From contig CAXXXF010000005.1 of NCBI GenBank assembly GCA_963667175.2, forward strand, positions 1 to 64,000: 64,000 nt of DNA, read 5' to 3'. Below are positions 38,871 through 50,526 of this stretch, piece by piece; within the stretch, counting starts at the first letter, position 1; every line of letters begins with the position of its first letter. Position numbers and translations under genes: made by a program. A model generated the notes under the pieces. The model had not been told where the DNA came from. It did not search any database and saw nothing but the letters and a program-made list of their open reading frames with translations. This DNA comes from Candidatus Latescibacterota bacterium (GTDB taxonomy: Bacteria > Latescibacterota > UBA2968 > GCA-2709665).

Positions 38871-41800
38871 ATGCAGATCCCAAATATCTTCAAAGATTCA
38901 CAGAGGGGAACGTACCTTCCGTCGCGTGCGGTCCTCGCCTGGGCATTTTGCACGTGTCTTCTTGCCGATTCGGAACCGCTCCGGGCCGAACCGGGCATCA
39001 GGCTCTCCTTCGGAAAGACACCTGCGCACGTTTTCCATCGTTCCCCCGGAAAGCTGACCTATTCCCGTTCCACCGCCTTTCAGCCTCTCTTTCGACAGCG
39101 CCGGAAGTTCACCCAGACGGTGACCCGCCTGCTCAGTACGGGTACCGGCACACTGATGGTCTATCGCGCCAGCGGCGACGTTGTCCATGGCATACCGGCC
39201 GTCATCACCTTGAAGGGTCTGTCCGCGTACAAATTCGACGCGGATTTCGGTCGTGTGGCCGCTGAAAAGCTAAGCCTGCCCGTGAGGGCACGGCGGGGCG
39301 CCGGCGGCGCGCTGGTGGATATCAAGATTCCCGTCAAGGTACCCAGGGCCCTGAGTGTCATTACCGGTGAAGGCGACACCAATATCAAGATAACCGGATC
39401 GCGGCGCATCGATCTGTCCGGCGTGAATACCACAGTGGGCGGACAGGCGCAGACCGTGCGCGCAAGGGCGGCCGAAGGCTTCACCGTCAATTTCGAGCAG
39501 GAATCCCAACTGAATGTCCAGGGCACCATCGGCGACCGCATTACGCTGAACCTCCAGCAGGACAGCCGCGGTCAATCCGATATCAGTGAATCGCTCCAAT
39601 TCCGGTACGACGGAGACGAAGACGACATTATCCAGGAGATTGAGGCGGGCAGGACGTCGCTCAGCCTGCCCGGCACCCGACTGGTCGGCTTCAGTTCGTC
39701 CAACCGAAGCGGTCTGTTCGGACTCAAGGGCCGAGGACGCCTGGGCGGATTGGACGTGACGGTGGTGACAAGCCACGACCGTGGCGCAAGCAACCGGAAA
39801 TCCTTCCAGGGTCAGGCGGAGGAAGTCGCACACAGAATACGTGACTATGAATACGAAGAAAACCGTTACTTTTTTCTCGATCTTGTGTATCGCCAGAGTT
39901 TTCCGGACGAACCCGCCCTTCAGGACCTGGTGGACATCGGATCCGTACGGGTCTTCATTAACGACTTCAACGACCGCAACGACATCGAGCAGCGCGCCGG
40001 GCGCGGGATCGCTTACGCGTTCTGGTCCACCGGACCCGCTCCGGCGCCCGATGCCGGCGCCAATGGGGCGCAGAGCGGGGGCGTCGAAGAGGGGTTCTTC
40101 CACGAACTGGAACGCTCCGAGTTTCTGGTGGACGCCAGGGGATATCTGATCATGACCCGCCAGAGAGTCCTGCGAGGTCATACGCTTGCGGTCGCATACC
40201 GGACGTCCGACGGGCGGGTCTTCGGCGACCTGAATTTCATCCAGGACCCCTCGAATCCGGACGCGAAGATCAGCCTGAAGCTCATTCACGCCCGACAGCA
40301 GCGGCCGGAATTCCCAACCTGGGACCTCGCGTGGCGAAACGTGTACTTCCTGGGAGACCGCGACATCGAGCCTGAGGGTTTTGAACTGGAGATCCTCAGA
40401 GACGTGGCCGGTCAGGAGGCGATTGACAACCAGCGTGGTACGCCTTTCCTCCAAATCTTCGGCCTGGACAAACACACCAACGGCGCGTCGGAGTCCTCCC
40501 CTCCGGACAACCTCATCGACATCGACGGCGGCACGAACCTGCCCGGACTCAATCTGCTGACCGGCCACCTTGTCTTTCCGGACCTGGAGCCATTCGGCGA
40601 ACGCGGCGCCGGCGCGGAGGCGCTGTCGGACGACGCCCGCGTGCCCGAAATCTACAACACCACAAATAACACCACACGAGCACAAAAGGGACAGTACTTC
40701 CTGCGCATCCGTTCGAAGTTCAGGTCCACGAAGTTCAACCTGGGTTTCGGCCTGATCGAAGACAGCGAGGAGGTCCTGTTGAACAATCGCCGGCTGACGC
40801 GCGGGCGGGACTACCTCATCGAATACGAACGCGGTCAGGTCGAGTTGGTTGGCGAAGCGGCGGACCTCGCGGCCGATCCCTCCGCCAACCTGGTGATCAA
40901 TTACGGGTCCAAGGGCCTGAGTGGACTGGGAGGCGGGCAGAAGAGCCTCGTCGGCATCCGGGCGGAACACCCGTTCCGCGACAATGTCTCCATGGTAGGA
41001 ATGAGCCTGCTCTACGGTAGCGAAAGCGCCAGGACCCAGCGGGTTCGCGTGGGCGAGGAGCCGGCCCGGACGTTGATCTGGGACTTGAACGGCAGATTCC
41101 GTTTCAAACCGCAGATCCTCACCGACTTCGTGAACAGGCTGCCGTTTATTTCCACCCAGGCGCCCTCGGCATTCAACGTGGACATGGAAATCGCGCAGAG
41201 CCTGCCCAACCCGAACGTCAAAAACGTGGCATATATTGACGATTTTGAAGGCGCAGAGACTCGCAAGACGTTTTCCACCTTCAAATACGTGTGGTCGGCC
41301 GGCAGCAACCCAACGCGGAACGGTCTCCCGCTATCCGAGCCGAAGGGACGCCTCACCTGGTATAATCTGGTGGACCGCGACCGGTTTTCCATCTACGAAA
41401 TACAACCGGGGCGAGACGATATTCCGGTGGAAAGCAGCATTGTCGACGATGTTCTCAGCATTCGGTTCGAGCCGCATCGGACCAACGGCTTTCCTGAAAC
41501 GTCACGGAATCCTGCAGGCGGCCTCCCTCAAAACTCCTGGGCGGGGATTTCGACGTACCTGTTTGGCATGGACTTCTCTCGATCCAAGTTTATCGAACTC
41601 TGGATACGGGGTAATTCGGGCCGGCTGCACATCGACCTCGGTGAAATCTCCGAACGTGCCGATCTGCTGCTCGATCACGCAACGTTTCATCCGCCGCCTC
41701 CCGGGCAGTTTCGTACCGAAGACCAACCTCTCCCGGGCTTTCCTACGGGCGACGACGTGGCGATTCCCGAAGAGGACATCGGCCTGGACGGCCTGACCGA

Positions 41801-44800
41801 CGCGCAGGAAGATTCGGTCTTCAGGCTGATCTTCCCCGGCGTCACCGTGCCGGACGACCCGTCGGATGACAACTTCAAGGACGTGGACTTCGACCAGGAG
41901 GACCTTCGTTTCCGGTATCCGTCCGGTGTAAATGGCACTCAGAATAACAATCCGGAACGGGAGCAGAGGCCGGATTCCGAAGACCTGAACCAGAACGGCA
42001 TCCTGGACACCCGGAACAACTACCTGCACTATAGCGTCAATCTGGCATCCGATCGGGGCTGGAATCCGGCAACGGGCGTCTACGACGGGCCTTCGGTGCT
42101 CGTCGTGGGCAGCCAGTCGGATCCTTCAGACCGCCCCTGGAGGCTGTTGCGCATCCCGTTGCGGGGCAGCAACGCACCGCGCAGCGTCGAAGGCAATCCG
42201 GACACCACTTTCGCCGGCGTATTCGATTTTGCACGAATCTGGATCGAACACGACGATACGACCTCGCTGGACATCTACACACTTGCAGCGGTGGGCAGCG
42301 ACTGGCTCGAAGATGAATCCCCCGAACACCAGAGATCGGGCGACTTCAGAGTGGCCACCATCGGTACCGACAATCAGGTCTATGAACTGCCGCCCGGCCT
42401 CGAACGTGAAACCGACCCGCAAACCGGAAGGCAACTCCTGGAACGGTCGCTGGTTCTCCGTTTTGAAGACCTCTTTCCGGGCGAAAGCGTGTCGGCATCG
42501 CGAACCTTCACGGACGGTCAGAATTACACGCGATACGGTCTGATGACCATGTTCGTTCACGGAGGCAATCCAACGTCCACGACCTATGAAGACAATTTTC
42601 CGGTCGGACCCGATTCGACGACCGGCAGCTTCAGCCCGATCGAGCTCTTCGTGAGGTTTTCACCCATCGGCGAGGATACGCTCAATTTCTACGAGTTCAG
42701 AAAGCCCGTATATCGCGGCTGGTCACCGGAACACAACACACTCAAGATCGAGCTCGATGTTCTTTCTCAGATCAAGGGCAAACTCACGGACCTGAAGGCC
42801 ACAGGGCAGGCGTCCGACACCCTGCGTCTTTCCCTGCCTACGGAGGAAGTCCTTGCGGACTATGACAGGGAAGCCAGTCAGATACGCGCGGACCTGCACG
42901 GCGGCACGTATATCGTTCGAGGCAACCCGGCGCTTTCGAAAATCAAGTCGTTCGTGATCGGCGTCGCCAATAGCGGGGATTTTCCGCTGGAGGGTGAAAA
43001 CGAGATCTGGCTGGACGAACTGCGTGTCGATCGGATCCGAAAGAAGAATGCCGTGTCCATGCTGTTGAACGTACAGACCACGTTGGCCGATCTGGGCAAC
43101 GTGAACCTCAATCTGGAACGAAGGAGCGGCGACTTCCAGGATCTTCAGGGCCGCTCCACCGGCAACACGACGACACAGGTCAGCATGAACGGTTCGTTCA
43201 ATCTCAACAAGTTCCTGCCCGATCGATGGAACACTGCCATTCCTGTACGCTTCAACTACCTCCGGAACGGGTCCGTTCCACGTATTCGACAGGGTTCCGA
43301 CGTCGTGCTGACCGACCAGCAGAAGACCAGAGAGAGCGCGGTCCGCGCGTCGTCCCGATTCAACGTATCCGTGCGAAAACGTCGGGCAACCAGAGACCCT
43401 CGCTGGATCGCCCGGCTCTTATTCGACCGGATCAATGCGTCTCTGAACTTTCTGACCAACAACGCAGTCAGCGGGGCGATCACACGTCGCCGGTCCAACA
43501 ACGAACAGAACTTCAACGGCAACTTCAGCTATGACGTCAACTGGCCCAATCAGAAGGGGGTGAAAATCCTGAACTGGGTCCCGCTTCTGGGCTCCCGGTT
43601 TGACGAGGTCCAGTTCTTCTACCTGCCCTCAATGCTCCGATACAACATGCGTTTTGATCGAAAGAACATCAACAGACGCTCCTTTTCCGCCGTTGAAGGC
43701 GACACGTCCGACGTCATTGCCGTGTTGAACCAGACGTTCAATCTCAATGAGAGCTTCGTGATAAAACTGACGCCCTTCAGAAGCCTGACCGCCAACTACT
43801 CCCTTGCGGTAAACCGGGACCTCCGAAACGCTTTCGATATTTCCAGGCTGCAGTTCGGCCGCGAGACCACACGAAATCAGGAAGTGGGCTTCAACTTCAC
43901 ACCCCGGGTTTCCAAGTGGCTCAACGTCAACACCGTCTATTCCTCCCGTTTTCGCGAGCGTCTTGAAACCGGCGGCCAGCGGACGTCCATCGGCAACGAA
44001 CGCAGGGGTCTTAGCGTGAGCAACAACAGCAGCGTCGGCGGCAGGGTCAGCCTGAACCTGCCCGGGCTCTTTCGCCCCCTGGCGCGTCCGTCAAAAGGCC
44101 GGACAGGGTTTTCGGTCATCCGGCTTATCGGAAGGCTCGGCGGATCGCTGGAAGCCGTGCAGGCCAATGTCTCTCGAAAGCGCACGTTTAATCTCTTCGG
44201 CCTCAGGCGGCGACCTGAATTCAGATTTCAACTCGGCCTGGCCGACACCACGACGTCGCCCCGTTACGGATCCGGGGGCGTTACACGCGTAAATACCAGA
44301 AACATCACCGACAATGCGACGCTCAAAGGCGGTGTCCGCCTGCCTGCCGGCTTTCGCGGCGATACCCACCTGACGTTTAATCATGCCAGGAGTTTCGGCA
44401 ATGCCAATACGGAAGAACAAAAGCTGGAATTCCCCAGTTTCTCCGCGCAGTGGCGGGGTCTCGGCGAACTTCCGGTCCTGAGGTGGTTATTCGTCAGTTC
44501 GAACCTGAACTTCAATTATAAGTCAAACCGTATCTTCCGCGGCGACGGCGGTCTCGATGACGATGTTTTGACCAGCGATACCCGGAGAACGGACTTCAGG
44601 CCTCTCATCAGATGGCAGGCCCGGTGGAAGAACAAGATGAGCACGAATTTCAGTATGAACCGGAGCCGGCAGAACGACCTCCGGTACCAGCGCAACGTGG
44701 CTGCCGACACCACCGTGGCACAACCGACGCTGGAAGAGCGACTGATCGGAACGACGATCACCGAGACCTCCCAGTTCACGGCATCCCTCAGATATTCGCT

Positions 44801-45095
44801 GAGTTCCAAGTTCTTCAGTAAACTGCAAAGCAACCTGGACCTGACTCTCGAGTACGGCGCCAACACCAGCCTTAAGAGGGAAGTCCCACGGAACGCGGAA
44901 GCCACCGAGACCGAACAGGCCGTTGTGCGCCAGAGCGAAGACCGCTGGCACGCCAGCCTTGCGGGTCAATATCAGTTCAGCAGCAAATTTACGGGCGGCA
45001 CCCGCTTCCGGCACGAGAACCGGAAGGACAAGCTCCGCGACCTGAACAACAGGGTCTGGGAATTCAAGATTTGGGGAGAAATCCGATTCAATTGA
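38871..45095 (+). CDS. sprA: Cell-surface protein SprA (T9SS translocon-like giant beta-barrel)
   Basis: 2074 aa; LNVQGTIGDRI, YDGDEDDIIQEIEAG, GLFGLKG, NVY, AYIDDFEG, HIDLGEISE, EDIGLDG, PDSEDLNQNG, EIWLDELRV, LADLGNV. Confidence 0.88.
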   Translation: MQIPNIFKDSQRGTYLPSRAVLAWAFCTCLLADSEPLRAEPGIRLSFGKTPAHVFHRSPGKLTYSRSTAFQPLFRQRRKFTQTVTRLLSTGTGTLMVYRASGDVVHGIPAVITLKGLSAYKFDADFGRVAAEKLSLPVRARRGAGGALVDIKIPVKVPRALSVITGEGDTNIKITGSRRIDLSGVNTTVGGQAQTVRARAAEGFTVNFEQESQLNVQGTIGDRITLNLQQDSRGQSDISESLQFRYDGDEDDIIQEIEAGRTSLSLPGTRLVGFSSSNRSGLFGLKGRGRLGGLDVTVVTSHDRGASNRKSFQGQAEEVAHRIRDYEYEENRYFFLDLVYRQSFPDEPALQDLVDIGSVRVFINDFNDRNDIEQRAGRGIAYAFWSTGPAPAPDAGANGAQSGGVEEGFFHELERSEFLVDARGYLIMTRQRVLRGHTLAVAYRTSDGRVFGDLNFIQDPSNPDAKISLKLIHARQQRPEFPTWDLAWRNVYFLGDRDIEPEGFELEILRDVAGQEAIDNQRGTPFLQIFGLDKHTNGASESSPPDNLIDIDGGTNLPGLNLLTGHLVFPDLEPFGERGAGAEALSDDARVPEIYNTTNNTTRAQKGQYFLRIRSKFRSTKFNLGFGLIEDSEEVLLNNRRLTRGRDYLIEYERGQVELVGEAADLAADPSANLVINYGSKGLSGLGGGQKSLVGIRAEHPFRDNVSMVGMSLLYGSESARTQRVRVGEEPARTLIWDLNGRFRFKPQILTDFVNRLPFISTQAPSAFNVDMEIAQSLPNPNVKNVAYIDDFEGAETRKTFSTFKYVWSAGSNPTRNGLPLSEPKGRLTWYNLVDRDRFSIYEIQPGRDDIPVESSIVDDVLSIRFEPHRTNGFPETSRNPAGGLPQNSWAGISTYLFGMDFSRSKFIELWIRGNSGRLHIDLGEISERADLLLDHATFHPPPPGQFRTEDQPLPGFPTGDDVAIPEEDIGLDGLTDAQEDSVFRLIFPGVTVPDDPSDDNFKDVDFDQEDLRFRYPSGVNGTQNNNPEREQRPDSEDLNQNGILDTRNNYLHYSVNLASDRGWNPATGVYDGPSVLVVGSQSDPSDRPWRLLRIPLRGSNAPRSVEGNPDTTFAGVFDFARIWIEHDDTTSLDIYTLAAVGSDWLEDESPEHQRSGDFRVATIGTDNQVYELPPGLERETDPQTGRQLLERSLVLRFEDLFPGESVSASRTFTDGQNYTRYGLMTMFVHGGNPTSTTYEDNFPVGPDSTTGSFSPIELFVRFSPIGEDTLNFYEFRKPVYRGWSPEHNTLKIELDVLSQIKGKLTDLKATGQASDTLRLSLPTEEVLADYDREASQIRADLHGGTYIVRGNPALSKIKSFVIGVANSGDFPLEGENEIWLDELRVDRIRKKNAVSMLLNVQTTLADLGNVNLNLERRSGDFQDLQGRSTGNTTTQVSMNGSFNLNKFLPDRWNTAIPVRFNYLRNGSVPRIRQGSDVVLTDQQKTRESAVRASSRFNVSVRKRRATRDPRWIARLLFDRINASLNFLTNNAVSGAITRRRSNNEQNFNGNFSYDVNWPNQKGVKILNWVPLLGSRFDEVQFFYLPSMLRYNMRFDRKNINRRSFSAVEGDTSDVIAVLNQTFNLNESFVIKLTPFRSLTANYSLAVNRDLRNAFDISRLQFGRETTRNQEVGFNFTPRVSKWLNVNTVYSSRFRERLETGGQRTSIGNERRGLSVSNNSSVGGRVSLNLPGLFRPLARPSKGRTGFSVIRLIGRLGGSLEAVQANVSRKRTFNLFGLRRRPEFRFQLGLADTTTSPRYGSGGVTRVNTRNITDNATLKGGVRLPAGFRGDTHLTFNHARSFGNANTEEQKLEFPSFSAQWRGLGELPVLRWLFVSSNLNFNYKSNRIFRGDGGLDDDVLTSDTRRTDFRPLIRWQARWKNKMSTNFSMNRSRQNDLRYQRNVAADTTVAQPTLEERLIGTTITETSQFTASLRYSLSSKFFSKLQSNLDLTLEYGANTSLKREVPRNAEATETEQAVVRQSEDRWHASLAGQYQFSSKFTGGTRFRHENRKDKLRDLNNRVWEFKIWGEIRFN

Positions 45096-45151
45096 AGTCA
45101 TCCGCCATCAGTTCAGTTCAGTTTCATCCCAAGATGGATACCGGAGTCCGT

Positions 45152-45538
45152 ATGTTTTCCTTCAATCGGAAAGAACGGGTTGTGTTGCTGGGCCTGGCGG
45201 CCGCGTTGCTGATCGGCGGGGCAGTCAATCTGGTAGAGCGCTACGGAGACCGCGATCTCCCGGACTTTCACGTTCAAAAGGGCGCCGTGCCCGTTCCCGA
45301 AAGCCTGCACGAGGCCGAGAACGTAAAGCAGGACACCGGCCCGATCGATCTGAATCGGGCTTCCGCCGGACAACTGACCCGGCTGCGGGGAATCGGTCCC
45401 AAAACCGCGCGCCGAATCGTGGACGACCGCAATCAGCGCGGGCCGTTCAAAACCGTGGACGATCTGACGCGGGTTAAGGGGATCGGCAGAAAAACCGTGG
45501 AGAGACTGGGTCCGAAGATTACGGTGAGCACCCCTTGA
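45152..45538 (+). CDS. comEA: ComEA-family helix-hairpin-helix DNA-binding protein
   Basis: N-terminal TM; IDLNRASAGQLTRLRGIGPKTARRIV...GPFKTVDDLTRVKGIG. Confidence 0.85.
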   Translation: MFSFNRKERVVLLGLAAALLIGGAVNLVERYGDRDLPDFHVQKGAVPVPESLHEAENVKQDTGPIDLNRASAGQLTRLRGIGPKTARRIVDDRNQRGPFKTVDDLTRVKGIGRKTVERLGPKITVSTP

Positions 45539-46491
45539 ACCGGGCAACAGGGATTCAGATTTCGGGGAATTTGCTTCGGATGGCGAGTCTGGAGCGGACG
45601 CACGCGGGATACCGCCTCTGCGCCCTCTTCGAGTCGAGGCTGACGTCGCCCCTGCTTCCGCGGTGGCCTGTTCCCGCCCGGACCCGGCAATGCATTGTTG
45701 AAAGTCTGCAGCGAGGATTCGATGAGGTCAAGGACGCGCCGGGATTGGTTGTAATTTCTCCGGGAGGCGGTTTCTTCCATCTGCAGAAAACACCGCTGGA
45801 ACAGGCTTCTGCCAGCGACAGGCTGGAACACGTCACCTGGGAGGCGGCGCAGACTCTGGTCGACCCCATTGACCGGTACGTCGTGGATTACGTCGCCTCC
45901 GGACGAACAGCGTTCTGGTTTGCCGTCCGCAAGGAGGTCTTCGAATTCTGGTCTGAATTACTGATGTCCCTGGGTGTCGGGCAGTTTCGGCTGGAAGCCG
46001 AGCCAATGGGCCTGTTTCACGCCTGTCTTCTAATGAAAAACGAGACCGGGTCCCGGATCGCAGGGTTTATGGTTGTACATCCCTGGATCTATTTTGTGGC
46101 GGCGGAGTCTGATTCCCTGATTGCAGCCGAGGCTTCCTGCCTGGATCGCCCCGACACGGACAACGAGCTGGCAGGGGCACACGCACGCGCTAAGACCTAC
46201 GGGCAAAAATCCGGCGCCACGATACGTCGTTGGCTCGGTGGAGGCCCCCATGCCCACAGACGCCGGTCCGGCTATCGCCGGGTTTTGTTGTGTGGCGAGG
46301 AGAAACAGATCGCGACCCTTCCGGATCATCTTGAGGCGGCGCAGGTACCAAAACTCGAAACCCTCGCGCCTTTTTCGATGTGCGCGACAGAGACGCTCCC
46401 AGATCCACAGCGGCATTTTCTGACGAGCCAATCTGCATTCAGCATTGCAGGCGGATTGGCTCGCCTGGCACTCGAAACGGAGAAATCATGA
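45535..46491 (+). CDS. Hypothetical protein, possibly divergent PilM-like (actin fold)
   Basis: Coupled to both neighbours by 4-nt overlaps. ATGIQISGNLLRMASL, WEAAQTL, VLLCG and FSIAGGLAR echo the PilM layout. Confidence 0.45.
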   Translation: MNRATGIQISGNLLRMASLERTHAGYRLCALFESRLTSPLLPRWPVPARTRQCIVESLQRGFDEVKDAPGLVVISPGGGFFHLQKTPLEQASASDRLEHVTWEAAQTLVDPIDRYVVDYVASGRTAFWFAVRKEVFEFWSELLMSLGVGQFRLEAEPMGLFHACLLMKNETGSRIAGFMVVHPWIYFVAAESDSLIAAEASCLDRPDTDNELAGAHARAKTYGQKSGATIRRWLGGGPHAHRRRSGYRRVLLCGEEKQIATLPDHLEAAQVPKLETLAPFSMCATETLPDPQRHFLTSQSAFSIAGGLARLALETEKS

Positions 46492-46964
46492 CCGCGGCGA
46501 TCTATCCTGGCACCTTCGATCCGCTAACGTACGGTCATCTGGATCTGATCGAACGAACGGCAAAAATCTGCAGCCGGCTGATCGTAGCCGTGGGACTGAA
46601 TCCCGAGAAGCAACCGCTGTTTTCGCCCGACGAACGTGTCAGCATGATACAGGAGGTCTCATCACATTTTCCCAACGTGGAAGTCACGAAATACAGCGGA
46701 CTGCTCGTTGACTTCGCCAGGAAAAACGGCGTATTCACCGTTGTGCGCAGTCTTCGTACGACAACCGAATATGAGCTGGAAATCGCAATGGCGGTTGCCA
46801 ACCGCCGGATGGAACCTCGATTGGAGGTCCTCTTTCTGATGCCCAGCTTGAACTATGCGTATCTGAATTCCACGCTTGTTCGTGAAATCGCGCGATTTGA
46901 TGGCGACGTGACGGCATTTGTGCCGCCTGCGGTCGAAAACCGACTGAAGAGGAAGTTCTCGTGA
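46488..46964 (+). CDS. coaD: Phosphopantetheine adenylyltransferase
   Basis: AIYPGTFDPLTYGHLDLIER, NPEKQPLFS, STLVREIA. Confidence 0.95.
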   Translation: MTAAIYPGTFDPLTYGHLDLIERTAKICSRLIVAVGLNPEKQPLFSPDERVSMIQEVSSHFPNVEVTKYSGLLVDFARKNGVFTVVRSLRTTTEYELEIAMAVANRRMEPRLEVLFLMPSLNYAYLNSTLVREIARFDGDVTAFVPPAVENRLKRKFS

Positions 46965-47041
46965 ACTGTCTATTCAGCACACGGCGGTTTGATGGAACGC
47001 ACGTCGGCACGCGATATCCATCCCCGGAGACGGAGGCGTAA

Positions 47042-48100
<1,059 letters not shown>

Positions 48101-48343
48101 TCATTCGCTGACGTTCCCCGCCGGGTCCCGCAGACGATCGCTTTCCCTGTAGAATCCTTCCTGCACGTTTCTTTCGAGGCCGGTACCACGTTCTGAAAGC
48201 CGCTTTCACCCCGCCGCGTGCTTTCCGCCGCGATAGCGTGTTTTTCTCATGGCACGTCTATTGCCTTCAGGTAGACCAGGTCCGTCACACACCCCGCCCC
48301 TGTGGCCACCGCTGGTTGCAACGTACCGGTTTTCCATGCCAAG

Positions 48344-49456
48344 ATGTCCAAAGATATCCTAGACTGGTTGACGCTTCATTCAGTGTCCGGACTGGGGCCC
48401 GTCGCGTTCTCCTCGTTGCTGCGTCAGTTTTGCAGCCCGCAGGAGATCTTGCGAGCTACCCGCGCACACTTGTGTTCCGTGCCAGGCATCGGCCCCGAAC
48501 TCGCCGGGGCCATCCGCACGGAACGCGACCCGTCCTGGGCGGAAGAACAGCTTCGACGGGCCGAAGATACAGGGGTTCACCTTCTGACTCTGCAGAGCCC
48601 TGACTATCCGGGTTATCTTTGTCAAACCTATGCGCCGCCGCCCATTCTCTATGTGCTTGGAGGCATCGACGCCTGTGCGCTTCCTTCCGTCGCGGTCGTC
48701 GGCTCCCGTTCATTCACAACCTATGGCCGGGACATTGCCTTTCAGATCTCCGGAGAACTGGTTCGCCACGGAATAACCGTGGTCAGCGGACTGGCAACCG
48801 GCATCGATACTCACGCGCACAGGGGAGCGCTTGCCGCCCATGGATACACCGTCGCCGTATTGGGCAGCGGGCTGGACAGGCCGTATCCACCGCAAAACAA
48901 GGATCTGCTGCAGGTCGTCAGTGAAAACGGCGCCGCAATTTCCGAATTCCCGATGGGCGCATCCGCAGAAGCCCACAACTTCCCCCGCCGAAACAGGATT
49001 ATCAGCGGACTCAGCCTGGGGGTCGTGGTTATCGAAGCGGGTGAACGCAGTGGCGCGCTGATTACCGCCCGGCTGGCCCTGGAACAGAATCGGGAGGTCT
49101 TCGCCGTTCCCGGCCCCGTTCATTCAGGCCGAAGCCGCGGCACAAACCAGCTCATCAGGCAGGGCGCGGTTCTCGTACAATCGGTCGATGACATTCTGGA
49201 TGAACTCCGTCCGCACCTGACGCGACTCCAGCCGCGACACAGCCGCGAACCCCCTGCGGCGGTGCCCGAGAATCTCTCGAAATCCGAACATCTGGTCTTC
49301 AAGTGCCTTTCGGTCGACGCGCCCGCCCACATCGATGCCATTGCCGACCGGACGGGAATGCCGGCCTCAAACGCGCTGACGGTATTGCTCTCCCTGGAAC
49401 TGGCCGGTTTTGCGGAGCAGCTCCCGGGCAAACGGTTTGTTCGGAAGACGGTTTGA
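48344..49456 (+). CDS. dprA: DNA-processing protein DprA
   Basis: VAVVGSR, VSGLATGID, FPRRNRIISGLS, SGALITA, REVFAVPG, GTNQLIRQGA. Confidence 0.95.
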   Translation: MSKDILDWLTLHSVSGLGPVAFSSLLRQFCSPQEILRATRAHLCSVPGIGPELAGAIRTERDPSWAEEQLRRAEDTGVHLLTLQSPDYPGYLCQTYAPPPILYVLGGIDACALPSVAVVGSRSFTTYGRDIAFQISGELVRHGITVVSGLATGIDTHAHRGALAAHGYTVAVLGSGLDRPYPPQNKDLLQVVSENGAAISEFPMGASAEAHNFPRRNRIISGLSLGVVVIEAGERSGALITARLALEQNREVFAVPGPVHSGRSRGTNQLIRQGAVLVQSVDDILDELRPHLTRLQPRHSREPPAAVPENLSKSEHLVFKCLSVDAPAHIDAIADRTGMPASNALTVLLSLELAGFAEQLPGKRFVRKTV

Positions 49457-49538
49457 TCCGGATCCACCGGCTGCGGAGACGAAAAAAACTCCCTCGAAAA
49501 GCAAGGGAGCGTACGATTTGGGCCATTACTGAGTTCGC

Positions 49539-50168
49539 TCAGAAACGACGCATCAGGCCCACGATCTTTCCTGCAATGCGGAAGTCATCCCGGCCCGGAC
49601 GCACCTCAATGGCTTCGAACGCCTCGTTTTCCGGGATGAGCCGTACCCGCCCGGCTTCTGGGAAATACCGCTTCACGGTCGCCTCCTCCCCGATGACCGC
49701 CACGACAATTTCACCCGGATTCGCCGTATCCTGCTGACGCGCCACGACGTAGTCTCCATCCAGAATCCCGGCATCGCGCATGCTCTCACCATTGACCCGA
49801 AGGACGAAGACGTCTTCAGAGGGCAGAAAGGACCGATCCACGGCCACCGTCCCCTCGACGTTCTCGGTTGCCAGGATGGGCTCTCCGGCAGCCACGCGCC
49901 CAATAACCGGGACCTCTCGCGACGCGGATTCCCCTGGATTTTCCCGTTCGACGTAGTCCGTAAGTTCGATACCCCGGGACACCATGGGACGTCTGCTGAT
50001 GTAGCCCTTTTTTTCGAGTGCGGCCAGCGTGGTTCTTACGCCGTTGGTGGAAGCGATGTTGAACGCATCCATGGTCTCGCGAATTGTTGGAGGAGCGCCG
50101 CCGTCTCGTATCGTCCGGGCGATAAATTCGTAAATGTCTCTCTGTCTGTCCGTTAGCTTCTGACGCAT
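49539..50168 (-). CDS. lexA: SOS repressor LexA
   Basis: LTDRQ...PPTIRE...LEKKGYI, cleavage site VAAGEP, GESM (Ser) and ATVK (Lys). Confidence 0.95.
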   Translation of the reverse strand: MRQKLTDRQRDIYEFIARTIRDGGAPPTIRETMDAFNIASTNGVRTTLAALEKKGYISRRPMVSRGIELTDYVERENPGESASREVPVIGRVAAGEPILATENVEGTVAVDRSFLPSEDVFVLRVNGESMRDAGILDGDYVVARQQDTANPGEIVVAVIGEEATVKRYFPEAGRVRLIPENEAFEAIEVRPGRDDFRIAGKIVGLMRRF

Positions 50169-50267
50169 AACGCATCTCCTCGATAACCAACGCCATGCGG
50201 GACGGGTCGCCAGGACCCGGTTCCGCTCGATCTGCAGGAGACCACCTGAGCGCGTACTGCTCATTTG

Positions 50268-50296
50268 AATATAGTGAACATTAGTTCATTCGTCAA
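50268..50296 (-). promoter_or_regulatory. lexA promoter with GAAC-N4-GTTC operator in the spacer
   Basis: Minus strand TTGACG, 17 nt, TATATT; palindrome TGAAC-ATTA-GTTCA at 50275-50288. Confidence 0.75.
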
Positions 50297-50526
50297 CCTC
50301 TGTTTTTGAGGCGCGGCATGGCGCCGCCACCGCGGAACAGACTGACAGCTTGTTGAACGTAAACGGGCGCCAGAACTGAAATCCACGTGATCCTGACTCG
50401 AAGACTCAATACAAATCATTGCAAAACCTATACTTAGTTAAATCACAAAGTTCTTGACAGGTGTGCCGGGGTACGTATATTTATTCATTCGATATCCCGG
50501 AATCTTTCGGCCGAGGGTGGCGTCCC

